NCBI GenBank assembly: GCA_051546255.1 | Contig: CP128818.1 | Coordinates: 186,001 to 250,000 of the forward strand | DNA: 64,000 bases | DNA from: Meyerozyma guilliermondii | Taxonomy: Eukaryota | Direction: 5' to 3' | Shown here: in pieces, positions 60,563-64,000 of the stretch | How the letters are laid out: each line of letters opens with the position of its first letter | Numbering within the stretch: position 1 is the first letter of the stretch | Translations under genes and position numbers: made by a program | The notes under the pieces: model-generated | The model's input: only the letters and a program-made list of their open reading frames with translations | Told to the model about the DNA's origin: nothing | The model's database searches: none

Positions 60563-63397
60563 CTAGAAAAGTCCGTCGATTTCTCCATCGTCGTTAACTT
60601 CGACGTTCATGAATCCACAGTGGGTGGGCAATCCAGGAATGGTTTGGATTTCCGCCGCCAAGGCGTACAAGTAGCCGGCACCAACCGAAGCCCGGACGTC
60701 TCTAATGGGGAATTTGAACCCGGTAGGAACACCTTTCAAAGCAGCATCATGAGACAACGAGTATTGAGTTTTGGCAATACAAATAGGAAGCGATCCAAAT
60801 CCTTGTTTGGTATAAGTATCGATCTTCTTTTGAGCCTCAGGAAGAAACTCCACTTCACCAGCTCCGTACATTTCTTTGGCAATGGTGGTGATTTTCTCTT
60901 CCACACTTGGAGCAGTGTCGTACAAGAATCTAAAGTTATTCTCTCCAGAATTGCAAGCTCTGATAACTCCTTGAGCCAAGTCGACAGCTCCCTTTCCACC
61001 TTCTTCCCAGTGGTTGGAAACAATGGCATCGGCAGCTCCAGCCTTCAATGCTTCTTCTCTGATCACCTGGTGCTCATTATCGGTGTCTGAAGACATCTTG
61101 TTGATAGCGACCACCACGGGAAGTCCGTAGGTTCTGGCGTTCGAGATATGCTTTGCAAGATTGTTGCATCCAGCACGCAAAAGGTCAACATTTTCCTGAG
61201 TGTATTCTGGAGCCAAAGGTGCTCCGGCTTTGACTTCGGGTCCTCCACCGTGAACCTTCAAGGCACGAACCGTAGCAACGATGACAATGACATCAGGAGA
61301 AATTCCGGAAGATCTACACTTGATGTTCATGAACCGTTCTCCTCCCATGGTAAAGTCAAACCCAGCTTCGGTAACCACATAACCTTCTTGCTGGGCTCTT
61401 TCTTCCGCACTCAACAAGGCAGAAGTTCCAGCTAATTTCAAAGCCATTTTATCTGCCAAAATAGACGACGCTCCAATGGAAATGTTGGCAAATGGACCAG
61501 CATGGACAAACACCGGTGTTCCTTCTAAGGTTTGCATGATATTTGGCTTGATGGCATCCTTCAACAACGCAGTCAAAGCACCAGCACAACCGATATCCTC
61601 ACATGTAACCGGCTCACCAGCCTTAGAGGAAGCAATAACCATTTTACCCAATCTTTCTCTCATGTCTTGCAACGAGTTTGCGAGCGCCAAGATAGCCATA
61701 CACTCAGAAGCCACTGTGATGTCAAACCCTGTCTTTCTGGTGAAACCTTTCTCGGTTGGAGCTTCACCAATGGTGATTCCACGCAAGAAACGATCATTAC
61801 AGTCCACAACTCTTCTCCAAGTAATGGTGTCGGGATCAATGTCCAAGCGAGCAAATCTTGAGATTTCTTCTTCTGTCAAATCATCAGGATTGGTCTTGTT
61901 AATTCCAAGCTTTTCGATTCTTCTCAACATACTTGGAGTGAACTTGCGAACTCCCTTCTTGGCAGGAACAAGACGACGGAACAAGGGTCCATCCTTCTGG
62001 GTACTTTCGTGAAACATTCTTGTGTCAATGGCTGCTGCCAACAAGTTATTGGCCATCGTAATAGCATGAATATCTCCAGTAACGTGCATGTTGAATTCGT
62101 CCATAGGAATAACCTGCGAATAACCTCCACCAGCAGCTCCTCCCTTGATACCAAACGTGGGTCCCATACTTGGTTGTCTGACATTGGCAAACACATTTTT
62201 TTGCAAATGAGCTCCCAAAGCTTGCGCCAAACCAACAGTGGTGGTAGACTTTCCTTCACCCAATGGAGTTGGGGTGATACCGGTGACCAAAACGTACTTT
62301 CCGTTGACTTTGTTTTCCAATCTGTCCAAGAGATTGAGTGACACTTTGGCTTTGTACGAACCAAAAGGCTCCAATTCGCTTTCCAAAATGCCTGCCTCGT
62401 ATGCTACTTGATCAATTTTTTTAGGCTGTTGAGCACGAGAGATTTCGTAGTCACTGGGAACAGGAGTTTGCAAGTTCAATTTCAATGGGTTGGTGAATTG
62501 ACGAGTCTGGTTGTTGGCAGAATAGTGCTCCTTGGCAGCGTGGATCACATTTTCCAAAAGCGAGGCCACAGTCATGGGTCCAACTCCACCGGGAACTGGG
62601 GTAATTTTCGAAGCGACTCTGGAACAGGACTCGAAATCACAGTCTCCAACCATTCTGCTTCCCGACTTTTTGGTGCTGTCAGGAATGAAATTGGTTCCCA
62701 CGTCAATGACAACAGCTCCGTTTTTAAGCCATTCACCTCTGATAACCTGAGGCTTTCCAATTGCAGCAACCACAATGTCAGCTTGCTTCAAGAAGAACTC
62801 AACTTGATCCTGAGGAGTCTGCGAGTGAACAGTGGTCACCGTAGCGTTTGCTCTGTTGAGCAAGTGAGCCACTGGCTTGCCCACAATGTCGGATCTTCCT
62901 AAAACGACAGCGTGCTTTCCGGCAACTTGAACACCTTCTTTTTCAAGCATCTCCATGATACCCTTGGGAGTACAAGGCAAAAAGTATGGAGAGCCACCCT
63001 TCTTAGCCAACTCTCCAACATTGTACGGACCAAAACCATCGACATCCTTTTTTGCCTGAACCGAATTGGTGATCTTGGACTCGTCCAAATGGCCAGGAAG
63101 AGGAAGTTGAACCAAAATACCATCGACAGTCAAATCGTTGTTCAACTTTTCAATGCGAGTCAACAACTCAAACTCGGTAATAGTCTCGGGCAAATTGATG
63201 ATATTACACTCGATAGCAGCCTCCTCAGCAGCCTTAAGCTTCATTCGGACATAAGTGGAGGAATCTGGTCTTTCTCCCACCTGAACGATACTCAAACGAG
63301 GCTTGAAGTCTGGGTACTTTTGTTGGTACTCATTGATCTCGCCGTGGATGCGAGTACGAATCTCCAAGGCAATGGCCTTGCCGTCAATAATCGACAT
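60563..63397 (-). CDS. ADE3: Cytoplasmic C1-tetrahydrofolate synthase
   Basis: No presequence; GILVQLPLP, KDVDG, TPVPGGVGPMT, ITPTPLGEGKSTT, HAGPFANI, ICIAKTQYSLSH. Confidence 0.93.
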   Translation of the reverse strand: MSIIDGKAIALEIRTRIHGEINEYQQKYPDFKPRLSIVQVGERPDSSTYVRMKLKAAEEAAIECNIINLPETITEFELLTRIEKLNNDLTVDGILVQLPLPGHLDESKITNSVQAKKDVDGFGPYNVGELAKKGGSPYFLPCTPKGIMEMLEKEGVQVAGKHAVVLGRSDIVGKPVAHLLNRANATVTTVHSQTPQDQVEFFLKQADIVVAAIGKPQVIRGEWLKNGAVVIDVGTNFIPDSTKKSGSRMVGDCDFESCSRVASKITPVPGGVGPMTVASLLENVIHAAKEHYSANNQTRQFTNPLKLNLQTPVPSDYEISRAQQPKKIDQVAYEAGILESELEPFGSYKAKVSLNLLDRLENKVNGKYVLVTGITPTPLGEGKSTTTVGLAQALGAHLQKNVFANVRQPSMGPTFGIKGGAAGGGYSQVIPMDEFNMHVTGDIHAITMANNLLAAAIDTRMFHESTQKDGPLFRRLVPAKKGVRKFTPSMLRRIEKLGINKTNPDDLTEEEISRFARLDIDPDTITWRRVVDCNDRFLRGITIGEAPTEKGFTRKTGFDITVASECMAILALANSLQDMRERLGKMVIASSKAGEPVTCEDIGCAGALTALLKDAIKPNIMQTLEGTPVFVHAGPFANISIGASSILADKMALKLAGTSALLSAEERAQQEGYVVTEAGFDFTMGGERFMNIKCRSSGISPDVIVIVATVRALKVHGGGPEVKAGAPLAPEYTQENVDLLRAGCNNLAKHISNARTYGLPVVVAINKMSSDTDNEHQVIREEALKAGAADAIVSNHWEEGGKGAVDLAQGVIRACNSGENNFRFLYDTAPSVEEKITTIAKEMYGAGEVEFLPEAQKKIDTYTKQGFGSLPICIAKTQYSLSHDAALKGVPTGFKFPIRDVRASVGAGYLYALAAEIQTIPGLPTHCGFMNVEVNDDGEIDGLF

Positions 63398-63552
63398 GAA
63401 TTCGTGGGAAGAAAAAGTAGTTTATGCGAGCGAGATTAATTTTTCATTGACTCGCGCACGGGGGAAAAGTCAGAAATGAGTGCGAAGTACTGTAGTAGTC
63501 AGTGTAGCTAGCCCAATGTAGCTTAGTGACTAGTAACTTGTAGTTTCCTTTT

Positions 63553-64000
63553 TTATGGCTCAGAAAGAGAAATGCTCTCCATGAATTTCGAATTGAGTCC
63601 ACTTAGTATCTCTCCGGGTCCCAAAGCATAGACTGTATTGATACCCTCTGCTTTGAGAGTCTCCATTGACTTGACCCACTGAACTGGGCAAGAGTTTGTG
63701 CGTAGAATAGACGATAGTATATGCTGCGGATCCAGCGAAATTTTTCCTGTCAAGTTTAGTATGAAAGGTTTAATTGGCAGTTTGATCTCTTTATGTTCTA
63801 TCCATTTCAGCAATTTTGCTTCCATTGGACGAAGCTTTTCATTATGGAAGGGAATTTTTACCGGTAAAGCTGTAATTTTTGCAATTGTTCTTTTCGGCAA
63901 TTGGTCCAAAACCGCCTGTATTTTTTGTTTTTCTCCAGCAACCACTATCTGCTGGCAAGTGTTAACGTTTGCCAAGATTTGGTTGTCGTCGCAGTGTTTT
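63553..64000 (-). CDS. MCT1: Malonyl-CoA:ACP transacylase, C-terminal part (5' outside window)
   Basis: ANVNTCQQIVVAG, LPVKIPFH, PVQWVKSM, LGPGEILSGL. Confidence 0.8.
   Translation of the reverse strand, partial: KHCDDNQILANVNTCQQIVVAGEKQKIQAVLDQLPKRTIAKITALPVKIPFHNEKLRPMEAKLLKWIEHKEIKLPIKPFILNLTGKISLDPQHILSSILRTNSCPVQWVKSMETLKAEGINTVYALGPGEILSGLNSKFMESISLSEP

Overview
Gene-dense chromosomal segment of a budding yeast that reads CTG as Ser (CUG-Ser/Serinales clade; possibly Meyerozyma-like, species not determinable). It holds about 40 conserved housekeeping genes (BEM3, TOA1, SLK19, CPS1, RPB10, UTP17, MGM1, FCY2-like, ECM13, RPP1, MAM33, CLB4, HOT13, RCN2, ERV2, STE18, GOS1, MCP1, ISU1, GIP3/HER1, RPL5, NPT1, KAP120, COX11, CPD1, SOL3, GCN5, NMD3, ATG7, SPC97, PUP2, LSC2, RRP36, RDL2, ADE3, MCT1), one tRNA-Leu(CAA) and many short intergenic tandem repeats. 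The standout is a ~3.4 kb accessory cassette (45.2-48.6 kb) between NMD3 and ATG7, which are neighbours in S. cerevisiae. It is bracketed by a duplicated ~120-bp NMD3 3' end (functional copy left, decayed copy right) and a second 15-bp direct repeat. It carries three co-oriented, highly diverged paralogues of a small multi-pass membrane protein family I do not recognise; in the first, CTG codons read better as Leu than Ser. The layout resembles 3'-end-replacing integrative elements (cf. WHO elements at FBA1), but no nuclease or recombinase is visible. Gene names come from motif recall and remembered synteny, not database searches.
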